DNA of 64,000 bases from Rhodospirillales bacterium (lineage in GTDB: Bacteria > Pseudomonadota > Alphaproteobacteria > Bin95): the NCBI GenBank assembly GCA_038143065.1, contig JAYQLI010000035.1, positions 2,624,894 to 2,688,893 of the forward strand, read 5' to 3'. Below the pieces are notes generated by a model. That model ran no database searches. It saw nothing but the letters and a program-made list of their open reading frames with translations, and was not told the DNA's origin. Below, one piece after another: positions 11,101 through 21,456 of the stretch (position 1 is the first letter of the stretch; every line of letters starts with the position of its first letter). Made by a program: the position numbers and the translations under genes.

Positions 11101-12222
11101 ATGCAGTTTGGCAAGAAGGGCCTGCTTTCTGCAGTAGCCACCGCCGCACTGACGGTTTTTGGTGCATCGGCAGCAATGGCCGACGTTAAGCCAATGACAA
11201 TTCGTATTGCAGCCGACTTGACGGGTCCGCCCCACCCTGCCGGCATTGCGATGACTTACTTCAAGGAGAAGCTTGAGGCTCAGGTTCCAGGCAGTGAAGT
11301 TCGTTTGTACTTCGCTGGAGCGCTTTACCGTATTCCAGAAGCGGTTGAAGCAATGACCGAGGGTAACCTTGAAATGACTTGGGGTCAGTTCGGTAAAACT
11401 GCCGCTGTAGATCCCTACATGAACCTCGTGGTTGGCCCTCAGTTGCTTACTACAGCTGGCGCCATCAATTCCTTAGAGACGACTTCAACTTATAAGTTCC
11501 TTGTTGACCGCTTCGATAAGGTCCATGACGTTGAAGTTTTTGCTGCCGGCCACTTGTCCATGTACATGGGTGCTGGTTCAGGAAGTCGCTTAATGAAACC
11601 AGAGGACTTTCAAGGTAAGAAGATCCGTTCAATGGGACCAGCTGAGAATGCTTTGCTTGCAGCTCTTGGTTCAAACCCAACTACGATGGCATTCGGTGAT
11701 GTTCCACCAGCCCTCCAGACGGGTGTGATTGATGGTCTCCTTACTTCTCTTGGCGGATTCAATAGCACGAAGGATCAAGCGCCATTCTTCACTATTGCCG
11801 GGTTGAACGGTATTGTCGGTGACTATTACTGGATTGGTGCATCCAAGCAGTGGCTATCTCGTTTAGATGATGCGCAGATTAAAGTTGTTCGCGATCTTCT
11901 CGTGAATGACGTAATGCCTTTCCAAAAGAAGGTAAATTTCTGTAACGACCGCCGGTTGGTAGAAAAGTTCGAGACTAAAGATCCTTCAAAGCCAGGTATC
12001 TATGTCATGAACGCTCAAGAGGCAGCATTTGTTAAAACAGCAGCTTCCGCAACTGGCAAATGGATTAAGTCAAACACTCCTTCAGATGCAGATGCTTGGG
12101 TAGACAAGTTTGCAATGGAAGCTGAAGCACTTGTGAAGGACAATCCAGCTGGTAGCAGTGATTTGGAAAAAACTGACTGTGCAGCGATTAAGCCTTACTT
12201 CACTAAGTATACCAAGAAGTAA
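11101..12222 (+). CDS. dctP: TRAP transporter substrate-binding protein
   Basis: Signal peptide; DFQGKKIRSMG with the conserved Arg; ALQTGVIDG; followed by small and large TRAP permeases. Confidence 0.85.
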   Translation: MQFGKKGLLSAVATAALTVFGASAAMADVKPMTIRIAADLTGPPHPAGIAMTYFKEKLEAQVPGSEVRLYFAGALYRIPEAVEAMTEGNLEMTWGQFGKTAAVDPYMNLVVGPQLLTTAGAINSLETTSTYKFLVDRFDKVHDVEVFAAGHLSMYMGAGSGSRLMKPEDFQGKKIRSMGPAENALLAALGSNPTTMAFGDVPPALQTGVIDGLLTSLGGFNSTKDQAPFFTIAGLNGIVGDYYWIGASKQWLSRLDDAQIKVVRDLLVNDVMPFQKKVNFCNDRRLVEKFETKDPSKPGIYVMNAQEAAFVKTAASATGKWIKSNTPSDADAWVDKFAMEAEALVKDNPAGSSDLEKTDCAAIKPYFTKYTKK

Positions 12223-12237
12223 TCGTAGGCTTTCAAA

Positions 12238-12308
12238 CTGCTGATTAAGGATAAAACTTTATCAGCAGATCTGGGTTTGGCCCGCTTCTACTTTGTGGAA
12301 GCGGGTCC
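12238..12308 (+). promoter_or_regulatory. Two tandem stem-loops between dctP and dctQ (probable mRNA-stabilising or attenuating elements)
   Basis: ctgctgat...atcagcag and ggcccgcttcta-ctttg-tggaagcgggtc inverted repeats. Confidence 0.5.
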
Positions 12309-12392
12309 TCTCCAAAAATCTCAGAAAACAATCGTCGCCAGCGGTTTAGATGAGTTCTCGTTCCTGCTGTGCGCCTGCGGAGGACTTCTGCA

Positions 12393-12951
12393 ATGGATAG
12401 CGCTTTAGACACCGTATACAAAGGTATCAGGTTTCTGACTGATCGAATTTTGGGAAATATCGCTTCGGTAGGTCTTCTTGGCGGCACGCTCTTCGCGATC
12501 TACGAAGTTTTCCGGCGATATATTTTTGGCGTAGTGCATGAATGGGGACAAGATTTCGTGATCTACGTGATCATTGGCTCAGTATTTCTATATTTTGCTG
12601 TTACTCAGGCAAAGCGTGCGCACTTGGTAATGAGTGCGTTTACTGACCTCCTTCGTGGCCGTGGATTTGAAAAAACCGTGATCTTTCTGAGATTGTGTGT
12701 TTCGTCTTTTTCACTTTTCTTTTTTCGGATTTTTTTGCTTACTGGGGCTTCCAGCGGTCGAACGTACGATGATGACCGGGCGTACCTCTCAAAGCATGTT
12801 TCTTCTTCTTTGGCCGTTCCAGGCGATGCTGCTAGCTTCTTTTGCTCTAATGGCCTTGGTCACGCTGTTCCATCTTTATCAAGATATCCGTGCTTTAATG
12901 GGTAAGTCCGTTTTTGAGTGGGCTCCCGCAGAAATTCATACTGACATCTAA
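12393..12951 (+). CDS. dctQ: TRAP transporter small permease; one frameshift in a T-run near 12715
   Basis: Four hydrophobic segments, EVFRRYIF and HEWGQDF; lies between dctP and dctM. Confidence 0.8.
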
Positions 12952-12995
12952 GAATTTGGCCGTAGAGTCTTAATTTAAAACAGGGAAACGCTGAT

Positions 12996-14279
12996 ATGTG
13001 GGCACTCGGTGGATCATTGATAGGATTGATGCTTGCTGCGGCGCCAATAGGCATTGCACTTGCTGGGGCAACGATTTTGGTCGTGCTTTCTGACCCAATG
13101 TTGGGCCCCAACGCGCTCTTTTCGCGCATTTTTTCAGTTTTTGAACAGCTACACGTTGATGGCCATCCCGTTCTTTATTTATGCCGGGTTTCTGATGGAA
13201 CGGACTGGCCTGATCGCTAAGTTATTTAATTTTGCCGATGCCTTGATAGGATGGCTTCCTGGAGGTTTTGCGTACGCAACCCTTCTCGCCGCGGTCATGT
13301 TTGGTGCTATTTCGGGCTCCTCCACTGCGATGGCAGCAGCTATGGGCATCATAGCCTATCCAGAAATGATCCGCCGTGGTTACCCTGTTTGGATGTCTGC
13401 TGGAATCATCGCGTGTGGCGGTGGAATAGCAATTCTCATCCCTCCATCCATCACATTAATCCTCTATGGCATCATCACTGAAGAGTCGATTGTGTCCCTG
13501 TTTTTTGCAGGATTCACGCCTGGAATTATGTTGGCCATTTCAGATGCTATTATTATCATCGGAATATCACTTTTCATTAAGTTGCCGGCGGGTAAATTTG
13601 AGTTAAAGAAAGTCGGCAAAGCTACCTGGGATGCTTGGCCCGCACTTCTGATGCCGGTGTGCGTGTTGGGTGGTCTCTATGGAGGTGTCTTCACCCCTAC
13701 CGAGGCAGGAGCTGCAGCTGCTGGCTATGCGCTTCTTTTTGGCCTTTTGTCTGGTCGCGGTAAGTTTCTCAAAGAGCTTCTGCCGACCACCCAGCGTACT
13801 ATAAACCTGACTGCTATCGTATACTTCTTGCTCGGTTGCGTTGGCGTTTTTCAATTCTTATTGGCAAATAAAGGGTGGCCTCAAGCGATTGCTGCGTGGA
13901 CATCGGCTCAGGGTTTTACCCAAATGGAGTTCCTCGCAGTTCTTTTGATTGTCATGCTCTTTCTTTCCATGTGGCTAACAGGTGTTGCGATCCTCGTACT
14001 AACGGTACCTATCTTCTTCCCGGTTGCGCTAACTCTGGGCGTTGATCCGATCCATCTGGGAATTCTGGCCGCAATAGCTATTGAGATGGGCGGTGTTATT
14101 CCACCAGTTGGCCTAAATTTATTTGCGGTGGCGGGGACTACTGGGGTCCCCGTGACAAAGGTGATGAAAGGGGCAATTCCTTCTTGATCACTGATGGTAT
14201 TGTGCTTCTGCTAATGCTGTTTTTCCCGGTTCTTTGCCTCTGGTTGCCTGATTTGCTTATTGTATCTCACTTTAAGTAA
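12996..14279 (+). CDS. dctM: TRAP transporter large permease; two frameshifts
   Basis: LMAIPFFIYAG, FGAISGSSTA, ILIPPSI, GVFTPTEAGA and PPVGLNLF motifs. Confidence 0.9.
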
Positions 14280-14297
14280 AACAGGGGAGGGGCGACC

Positions 14298-15433
14298 GTG
14301 CCGATAATACAAAGTGATCGGTTATCTGCCGTTGTCGCCGAGATATTTGATCGTGCTGGATGTGATCGAAAAGAGGCAGAGCGCGTAGCAGAGAGCCTAG
14401 TAGGGGCAAATTTACGCGGGCATGATAGCCATGGAGTGATCTGCACTCTTCGTTACGTCACTTGGTTAGAAACAGGCTGGATAAAAGCCGGGCACCCTGT
14501 GCGTGTAGTGCGTGAAAGTCCGGTTATGGCTGTGCTAGATGCGGAGCAGGGATTTGGGCAATCCGCGGCGGAAAGGGCTGTGGAGATTGGGATTGAGAAA
14601 GCTAAAACGATGGAGATTTCCGTCGTTACGCTTAAAAATGCAGGTCATATTGGTCGAGTTGGGCAGTACGCGGAACAAGCAGCTGCTGCTGGCTTAGTCT
14701 CCATTCATTTTGTAAATGCTCGGTCCAGTGAGCTAGTAGCCCCCTTTGGCGCTAGGGAACGTCGTTTTTCGACAGCACCCTTTGCCGTAGGAATACCCCA
14801 GAATGGAGCGCCTCCTTACATACTCGACTTCGCAACTTCGATCGTTGCGGAGGGAAAGGTCCTGGTGGCGGCGCAAGGCGGAAAATCCCTGCCAAAAGGC
14901 GCTCTGATTAATGATGAGGGCGATCTCACAGAGGATCCAATTGCGCTTTATAGTGATGCCAAACCGCCCAATTACAGGAATGGCACTGGGGCTATCAGAG
15001 CTATGGGGAGCACAAGGGGTCTGGTCTTGCATTGATGTGCGAGCTTCTAGGCGGTGCTTTCAGTGGCAATGGTGCAGCAGGCCCCGCGTCTGGCAAGCCA
15101 TTCGCTAATGGAATGTTGTCGATATACCTAACGCCGGCTGCCTTTGCTGAGGAAGACAACTTTTTTTCAGAAGAAGTCCGGCGCTACGTTGACCACGTGA
15201 AGTCTGCAGCGCCTGCGGCGGGAGTTGATAAAGTCTTGGTTCCCGGTGAGCCAGAACTTGAGCGGCTGGAAGCGCGTCGCCGCGATGGTCTCGAACTACC
15301 AGAAGATGTTTGGAATTCAATCTTGGAGGCGGCAGAGAAAGCAGGCCTCCAAATAGTGAAGCTCGCAGTATTGCGGGGGTTAACTAAATTGATAGGTAGG
15401 TTAAACTGTCTTTTATTGGCCGAAACTGATTAG
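14298..15433 (+). CDS. Ldh_2 family malate/lactate/sulfolactate/hydroxycarboxylate dehydrogenase (HcxB/YbiC/ComC-like); frameshift near 15005; 3' end uncertain (15387 or 15433)
   Basis: ANLRGHDSHG, HIGRVGQYAEQ, LDFATS, HKGSGL..MCELLGGA and VLVPGEPE motifs. Confidence 0.85.
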
Positions 15434-15447
15434 TACTGGAAGAAGAA

Positions 15448-15962
15448 ATGGCTGCAGACCAACCATGGGCACACGCTGTATATGATTACTTAAAGAGTGA
15501 AGGTGTAACTCAATTCTCGTATGTGCCCGATGCAGGTCACCGAGTGCTAATAGATAAGTCCATTGCCGATCCGGAGATGAACTCCGTAGCCCTAACCACT
15601 GAAGAGGAAGGCGTGGCGATGGCTGCTGGTGCCTGGTTAGGGGGAACAAAGCATGTTCTCTTAATGCAATCGAGTGGCGCGGGTAATTGCGTGAACATGT
15701 TTTCCTTACCCAGGCTTGGTCGGTTTCCTTTTGTAACTTTGATGTCTATGCGTGGTGACTTTGGGAAGGCAACCCCTGGCAGATGCCCATGGGTATGTCG
15801 ATTGAGAACGTTTTGAAGGCCTGTGAGTTTGTTGTCCTGAAAATTGATAGTGAGGATGAGGCTCTGTCGACTGTCCAAGCTGCTATGACAATGGCTTACA
15901 AGTCTAATCAATGTGTTGCCGTTCTGTTAACTCAGAAGCTTCTCGGCGCTAAAGCGTTCTGA
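15448..15962 (+). CDS. Sulfopyruvate/phosphonopyruvate decarboxylase alpha-subunit-like (TPP enzyme Pyr domain); frameshift near 15765
   Basis: YVPDAGH, TTEEEGVA, LLMQSSGAGN and RGDFG.GNPWQMPMG motifs of ComD-like proteins; about 171 aa after repair. Confidence 0.8.
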
Positions 15963-15963
15963 C

Positions 15964-16438
15964 ATGTCGGGCCAACAGGTCCGTCAAAAAGCTAATCGTC
16001 AAGATGTAGATTTAGCCTATCAGCTGGTTGAAAATGCGGCTTTAGCTTCGTTAGCTGTAGTTAGCTCCGACGGCGCACCAATCGTTGCTCTTACTTCGCC
16101 TGTATTGCTCCCGAATGGAGCTTTGCTTGTGCTTGTCTCGTCTTTATCAGCGCATGGCAAGGCGTTGAGTGCCAACAGTCAAGCTGGCATTCTTTTCACT
16201 GGTGTTGAAGATCTCACAGATCCTATGAAAACTCCTAGGCTGACTGTGCAGGGCAATGCGGTGAAAGCTACCGTGGATGAGCGAGCATTCTTCCTTAAAA
16301 AGCCGGCCAGAGGCGGAATTGTACATAGATTTCAGCGATATGCGACTTTATCGAATTGACTTGAAAAATGCCCACCTAGTTGTTGGATTTGGCCGAGCCG
16401 TTTCTTTATCTCCGGGATGTTTGGCCCGAAGGCTATGA
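15964..16438 (+). CDS. Pyridoxamine 5'-phosphate oxidase-like / HugZ family FMN split-barrel protein; frameshift near 16300
   Basis: VSSLSAHGKAL, DPMKTPRLTVQG and, in the second frame, AHLVVGFGRA. Confidence 0.7.
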
Positions 16439-16586
16439 TTAGCGCGTGACATAGGGCCGCAATCGTTGGTCAACCGAATTTTATCCCGGGGTTCGGATTG
16501 CATCCAAGCTGAAGCTGAGCCAAAAAAACTTGTGATGGTCGACCTGAGTTGGCCGAGTCTATGAAACATTTTTGGGGATTTGTAAG

Positions 16587-18179
16587 GTGGACTCCGATAA
16601 ACGCTTAGACAGCATCGGCCTCGGTAAGACAGCGGGTGCCTCCTGGAACTTGGGTGTGGGAGCACTTTACGAACATGCAGTTCGTAATCGTGATGGTGTC
16701 GTAACGGCAAGTGGGGCTTTGTTGTGCGAAACAGGCCAACACACTGGACGCTCCCCCAAAGACAAATTTATCGTTCGTAACGCGGAAAGTGAAGCTGACG
16801 TTGACTGGGGTGATGTTAACCAGCCAATGGATGAGGCTTCTTTCGACAGGTTATTAAACCGTGTCCAAGCATACCTGCAAAACCGTAATATTTATGTTCA
16901 AGATCTCTATGCTGGCGCAGACGCAGGCAGCCGTCTTTCAGTAAGAGTTGTGACAGAGCAGGCGTGGCACAACCTATTCGCGCGAAATATGTTTATTCGG
17001 CCTCCTCGTACCGAATTACCTGGATTTACTCCAGACTATACTATCATTCAGGCTCCTGGTTTCAGGGCAGATCCAGAAATAGACGGATGTCGTTCAGAAA
17101 CAGTGATCGCCGTCAATCTCTCTAGGCGTTTGGTAGTCATTGCTGGCACTTCTTATGCTGGGGAAATCAAGAAATCTGTATTCTCCTTGATGAATCATCT
17201 TCTACCAGCAAAGGGCATTATGCCAATGCACTGTTCGGCCAACATTGGGCCTAATGGAGATGCAGCAGTCTTTTTCGGGTTGTCAGGTACGGGTAAGACA
17301 ACACTGTCTGCAGACGCTAGTAGAACCCTTATCGGGGATGACGAGCATGGTTGGAGCCAGTCTGGTCTATTTAATTTTGAAGGCGGTTGCTACGCAAAGG
17401 TAATTGATCTCTCTGCCAAAGCAGAACCAGAGATTTATGCTGCCTCACATCGGTTTGGCACCGTGCTTGAAAATGTTGTCATGGATCCAGATACACGCAC
17501 GCTAGTCCTCGACGATAGAAGTCTTACTGAAAACACTCGTTCTTGTTATCCTCTCGACTTTATTCCAAATGCAAGCACCACTGGAATCGGTCCTGAGCCA
17601 ACTAATGTAGTCATGCTTACAGCAGATGCATTTGGAGTAATGCCACCAATCGCAAAGCTTTCTGCTGAACAAGCGATGTATCATTTTCTTTCAGGTTATA
17701 CAGCTCGCGTGGCTGGCACTGAGAAAGGGCTTGGGGCCGAGCCTCAGGCAACATTTTCAACTTGTTTTGGCGCTCCGTTCATGACGCGTCACCCAACAGT
17801 ATATGCCAAGCTTCTGGGAGAAAGAATTGCGGCTACTGGAGCAAACTGTTGGTTGGTAAACACAGGTTGGACTGGTGGTGCCTACGGGGTGGGTCAGCGG
17901 ATGTCGATTGGACACACTCGTGCGATGCTTCGTGCCGCTCTTGATGGGTCTCTAGATGGAGCTCCTTTACGCGAGGACCCTAATTTTGGCCTGATGGTTC
18001 CTGAAGCTTGCCCTGATGTACCTAGTGAGGCCCTTAACCCTCGGGGGGTATGGTCTAATGCCAGCTCTTATGATGAGACAGCGCGGCATCTTGCTGGCCG
18101 CTTTGAAGAGAACTTCGTAAAATTCGAGCCATCTGTTTCATCCTCGGTCAAAGCAGCAGCAATCCGCAAAGCGGCTTAG
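16587..18179 (+). CDS. pckA: Phosphoenolpyruvate carboxykinase (ATP)
   Basis: [39 protein letters not shown] and NFEGGCYAK; GTG start at 16587 inferred. Confidence 0.96.
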   Translation: MDSDKRLDSIGLGKTAGASWNLGVGALYEHAVRNRDGVVTASGALLCETGQHTGRSPKDKFIVRNAESEADVDWGDVNQPMDEASFDRLLNRVQAYLQNRNIYVQDLYAGADAGSRLSVRVVTEQAWHNLFARNMFIRPPRTELPGFTPDYTIIQAPGFRADPEIDGCRSETVIAVNLSRRLVVIAGTSYAGEIKKSVFSLMNHLLPAKGIMPMHCSANIGPNGDAAVFFGLSGTGKTTLSADASRTLIGDDEHGWSQSGLFNFEGGCYAKVIDLSAKAEPEIYAASHRFGTVLENVVMDPDTRTLVLDDRSLTENTRSCYPLDFIPNASTTGIGPEPTNVVMLTADAFGVMPPIAKLSAEQAMYHFLSGYTARVAGTEKGLGAEPQATFSTCFGAPFMTRHPTVYAKLLGERIAATGANCWLVNTGWTGGAYGVGQRMSIGHTRAMLRAALDGSLDGAPLREDPNFGLMVPEACPDVPSEALNPRGVWSNASSYDETARHLAGRFEENFVKFEPSVSSSVKAAAIRKAA

Positions 18180-18250
18180 TCTTACAAACTTTTTGGTGTC
18201 TTGCCTCTAGCTTTTACCGTCCCAGGGAATTGAGTGCTGGGCATAGCATT

Positions 18251-19663
18251 TTATGGGGCTGACGGTGCCAAGCCGTCTTCCCCTGTCATTTCGCCATAGG
18301 CGTGGCCGAGTGATAAAAGAGTTCGTTCTGAAAATGGACGCCCTATCAATTGGCAAGAAAGAGGTAAGCCAATAGAGGAAAGTCCCAGCGGTAGAGCTAA
18401 GCCTGGTAGGCCTAGATAGTTGAATGGCCGTGTAGCTTTAGTGATGCTAGCTACCATAGTTTGTATTGCACCTGGATTGCCCTCGTCGGTGTCATCAATT
18501 GTTGGGACAGGCGTTGTAATAGATGGGATTAATAAAGCATCCGCCTGAGTAAAGGCGCGCCTGCAAAAATCTCTTAAGACGTTAGCGCGTGCGGCCTGAG
18601 ACGCAAGATAAACGTGCGCAGGAACAACAAAACCAGACTCAGTTCTACTGTATACATGAACGGAGAAATCATCGGGGCGTTCACGCATCCATTTTCCATG
18701 CAGCGCCGCGGCTTCTGTCTTCGAGATTGCATCAGCTGCTGAGTAAAGATCCGCAAAGTCAGGTAGATCAACTTCGATGATTTCGGCGCCCATAGAGGCA
18801 AAGCCTCTAAGAGCTAGCTCATGAGCTTCAGAAGTTTCTGGATCAATTTGGCCAAATGGCATCCCGCGGGCTTTTGCTAAGCGCAGACCCTTGATCGGTT
18901 TACTGATGTAGTGTTGCCACGTGGAAACTTCTCTTTGGCTCGTTGTGGGGTCTTTTGTGTCATGTCCCGCAATCACACTCAAAATCAGAGCTGCATCAGC
19001 AGCAGAGCGCGCTAACGGACCCACGCAATCTAGTGACCAAGCTCGAGGCATGGCGCCAAATCTACTAACCCGTCCATAAGTTGGTTTTAGGCCGTATAGA
19101 CCACACATAATTGCTGGTAAACGAATAGATCCACCAGTATCAGATCCCAAAGCAGCATATACACATCCAGATGCTACTGCTGCGCCTGAACCAGAAGAAG
19201 AGCCACCTGTAATATGATCTGAATTCCACGGATTGCGTGCGTGACCAAAGTGCGCGTTATGCCCGGTCGGCCCCGCAGCAAATTCGGACATGTTAAGCCG
19301 GCCCACTTCTATTGCGCCAGCAGAGTTAAGCCGACTGATAACAGTCGCTTCATCATTGCCTTGAAGTTCTCCTAATATCGCGGATCCACCCGAGGAATAA
19401 CCGTCCTGGCGCATAAACATGTCTTTATGAGCTAAGGGTGCACCAAGGAGTAAGCCTTGTTCTCCTCGAAATCTTGCTGCGTCTGCATTATTTGCAGATT
19501 TAATGGCCTGTTCTTCGTCAATGGAAACAAATGCGTTAATTGCGGGTTGCCAACTTCTTGTTGTTTCCAAACGCCCTTGCGTTGCCTCTAGGGACGAGAT
19601 GCGTCCATGATTCAGGTCGTCCATAAGGTCAACAAGGCTTTGTAGTCGGTTGGGACGATTCAA
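18251..19663 (-). CDS. Amidase signature family enzyme (GatA/AtzE-like)
   Basis: HKD catalytic Lys, GGSSSGS and GSDTGGSIR amidase signature, GLKPTYGRVS. Confidence 0.9.
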   Translation of the reverse strand: MNRPNRLQSLVDLMDDLNHGRISSLEATQGRLETTRSWQPAINAFVSIDEEQAIKSANNADAARFRGEQGLLLGAPLAHKDMFMRQDGYSSGGSAILGELQGNDEATVISRLNSAGAIEVGRLNMSEFAAGPTGHNAHFGHARNPWNSDHITGGSSSGSGAAVASGCVYAALGSDTGGSIRLPAIMCGLYGLKPTYGRVSRFGAMPRAWSLDCVGPLARSAADAALILSVIAGHDTKDPTTSQREVSTWQHYISKPIKGLRLAKARGMPFGQIDPETSEAHELALRGFASMGAEIIEVDLPDFADLYSAADAISKTEAAALHGKWMRERPDDFSVHVYSRTESGFVVPAHVYLASQAARANVLRDFCRRAFTQADALLIPSITTPVPTIDDTDEGNPGAIQTMVASITKATRPFNYLGLPGLALPLGLSSIGLPLSCQLIGRPFSERTLLSLGHAYGEMTGEDGLAPSAP

Positions 19664-19860
19664 TGATCTTCCTCCGCCAAATCCTCAAGAGCCGCAAGAA
19701 ACTGTATGGGTTCGTCATAGAAACCAAAATGGACATTAGCTACGCGTGCTACGCCAGCACTTATGCGGCTAGCCTCTATGCTGATTTCGGCAGCGCGATT
19801 TTGGCTGACCGTTAAGCCAGCCATTTGCATTATTTCTTTGGGCCAAGGGTTTTCGTTCAC
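19660..19860 (-). CDS. Small (66 aa) putative amidase accessory subunit (AtzG/GatC-like)
   Basis: AAGGAG RBS before a GTG at 19860; stop overlaps the amidase start by 4 nt; C-terminal FYDEP..F motif. Confidence 0.6.
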   Translation of the reverse strand: MNENPWPKEIMQMAGLTVSQNRAAEISIEASRISAGVARVANVHFGFYDEPIQFLAALEDLAEEDH

Positions 19861-19943
19861 CGCATTTTTCTCCTTAGGAACCGACAGGCATGTGAGCACT
19901 GCCATATTGATGAAGCAAGTCATTTTCTGTTTGAAAAAACTCC

Positions 19944-20345
19944 TAATTAAATAAAATAATAATAATAATTTTTATAATATAAAAAACGAATACTTTATTT
20001 TATATTTATAAAATCAAAATAATAAAATAAAAAAAATATGAAAAATTTTTTAATAATTTATTTGTATTTCAATTTCAATTATATAAAAAATATTATATTA
20101 TTTTACTTAAAAAAATGTTAAATAAATAAGTGAATTTTACTAAAAATAATTTTTTAAAATAAATTTAAAAAAAATATTAATAAGAACTTTACATAATTTT
20201 TACTGATAAAAAAATAAATTCATAAAATTTTTTATAAAATTATCATCATTTTTAAAAAAGTAAAACATAATAAAAGTCTATATATATAAAATATAATAAT
20301 CATGCGTAGACTTATGATTGTACAGAAATTATAACTATTATTATT
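19944..20345. other. Extremely AT-rich low-complexity intergenic block
   Basis: Hand count of 25 G+C in 300 nt for 19981-20280 (about 8%), versus near 50% in the flanking genes. Confidence 0.95.
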
Positions 20346-20415
20346 GTATGATTTTAATTTTGTCGGGTTTTAATCGAAAAAGCCTGATATTTTTTATGAA
20401 ATTAGGGAGAGTAAT

Positions 20416-21386
20416 ATGAAGTTCCGAGCTCTAGCGCTCGCTGCCGCAGTCGCGGTTAGTTTTTCAGGTGGGGTAGCTAAGGCTGACTCCTGTGGCGAAG
20501 TCTCTATCACTGAGATGAACTGGGCGTCTTCTGCTGTTGTTACGGCCGTTTCAAAATTTCTGATGGAGCAAGGTTACGGCTGCACAGTTAAGCTGGTTCC
20601 GTCTTCAACCAATCCAGCTATCGCTTCGGTGTCCGAGACGTGTGAGCCCGATATCCTTACTGAATTGTGGGTTAATGGTTCTCCTGCGTACGACAAACTC
20701 AGAGACCAGGGTAAAGTGAAGCCGCTTACAGAGGTACTTTCAGATGGTGGTGTCGAAGGTTGGTGGGTTCCTAAGTATCTGGCAGACGCTCATCCCGAAT
20801 TGAAAACTATCGCTGGCGTTAAAGCTAATCCAAAGCTTGTTGGCGGTCGGTTTCATAATTGCCCAGATGGTTGGGCATGTCAGCGGATCAACGCTAATAA
20901 TGCTCGTGGCGCTGGCTTAGAAGCTGCAGGTCTGGACGTCTTCAAACATGGTTCTGGAGAAACTCTTGCCGCTTCCATTGCATCAGCATATGCGAATAAA
21001 GAGCCATGGTTTGGGTACTACTGGGCCCCAACAGCCGTTCTCGGTAAATATGAGATGACCCGTGTGGACGTTGGGCCTTTCAATGCAGATGCACATGCAT
21101 GCAACTCCAAGGATGACTGCCCTAATCCAAGACTTTCCCTTATCCTGCATCAACTGTTCTAACAGTCGTAACGGATAAGTTTGCCAGTGAAAATCCAACC
21201 ATTACCAGCCTTATGAAGAATGTTTCCTTTACTAATGCTCAAATGGGAGAGGTTCTTGCTTGGCAGGAAGAAAATAAAGCATCTGCTGACGAAGCTGCAG
21301 TCTATTTTCTGAACAAATATTCCAGCGTTTGGTCTAAGTGGTTAAATGATAAGGCGCGGAACAACCTCAAGGCGCTTATTAAATAA
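20416..21386 (+). CDS. proX: Glycine betaine/proline/histidine-type ABC transporter substrate-binding protein; frameshift near 21135
   Basis: Signal peptide, CGEVSITEMNWAS, EGWWVPKY, CPDGWAC and YYWAPT; continues in another frame to TAA at 21384-21386; AGGGAG RBS. Confidence 0.8.
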
Positions 21387-21402
21387 GATACGCGTTCAAA
21401 TT

Positions 21403-21443
21403 CAGCCCGGGCAATCTATGGGATCGCCCGGGCTGTTTTTTTT
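21403..21443 (+). terminator. Intrinsic terminator-like hairpin after proX
   Basis: cagcccgggc (21403-12) / gcccgggctg (21426-35) stem followed by T8. Confidence 0.75.
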
Positions 21444-21456
21444 GGGGAGATAACCT

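Noticed and set aside
20038-20121. 27-codon ORF MKIFLIIYLYFNFNYIKNIILFYLKKC inside the AT-rich block
   Set aside because: No RBS, and the F/I/K/N/Y composition is what random very AT-rich DNA yields.
19944-20400. AT-rich block as chromosomal replication origin
   Set aside because: I found no TTATCCACA-type DnaA boxes, and no dnaA, hemE, parAB or gidA neighbours are present; not supportable from this window.
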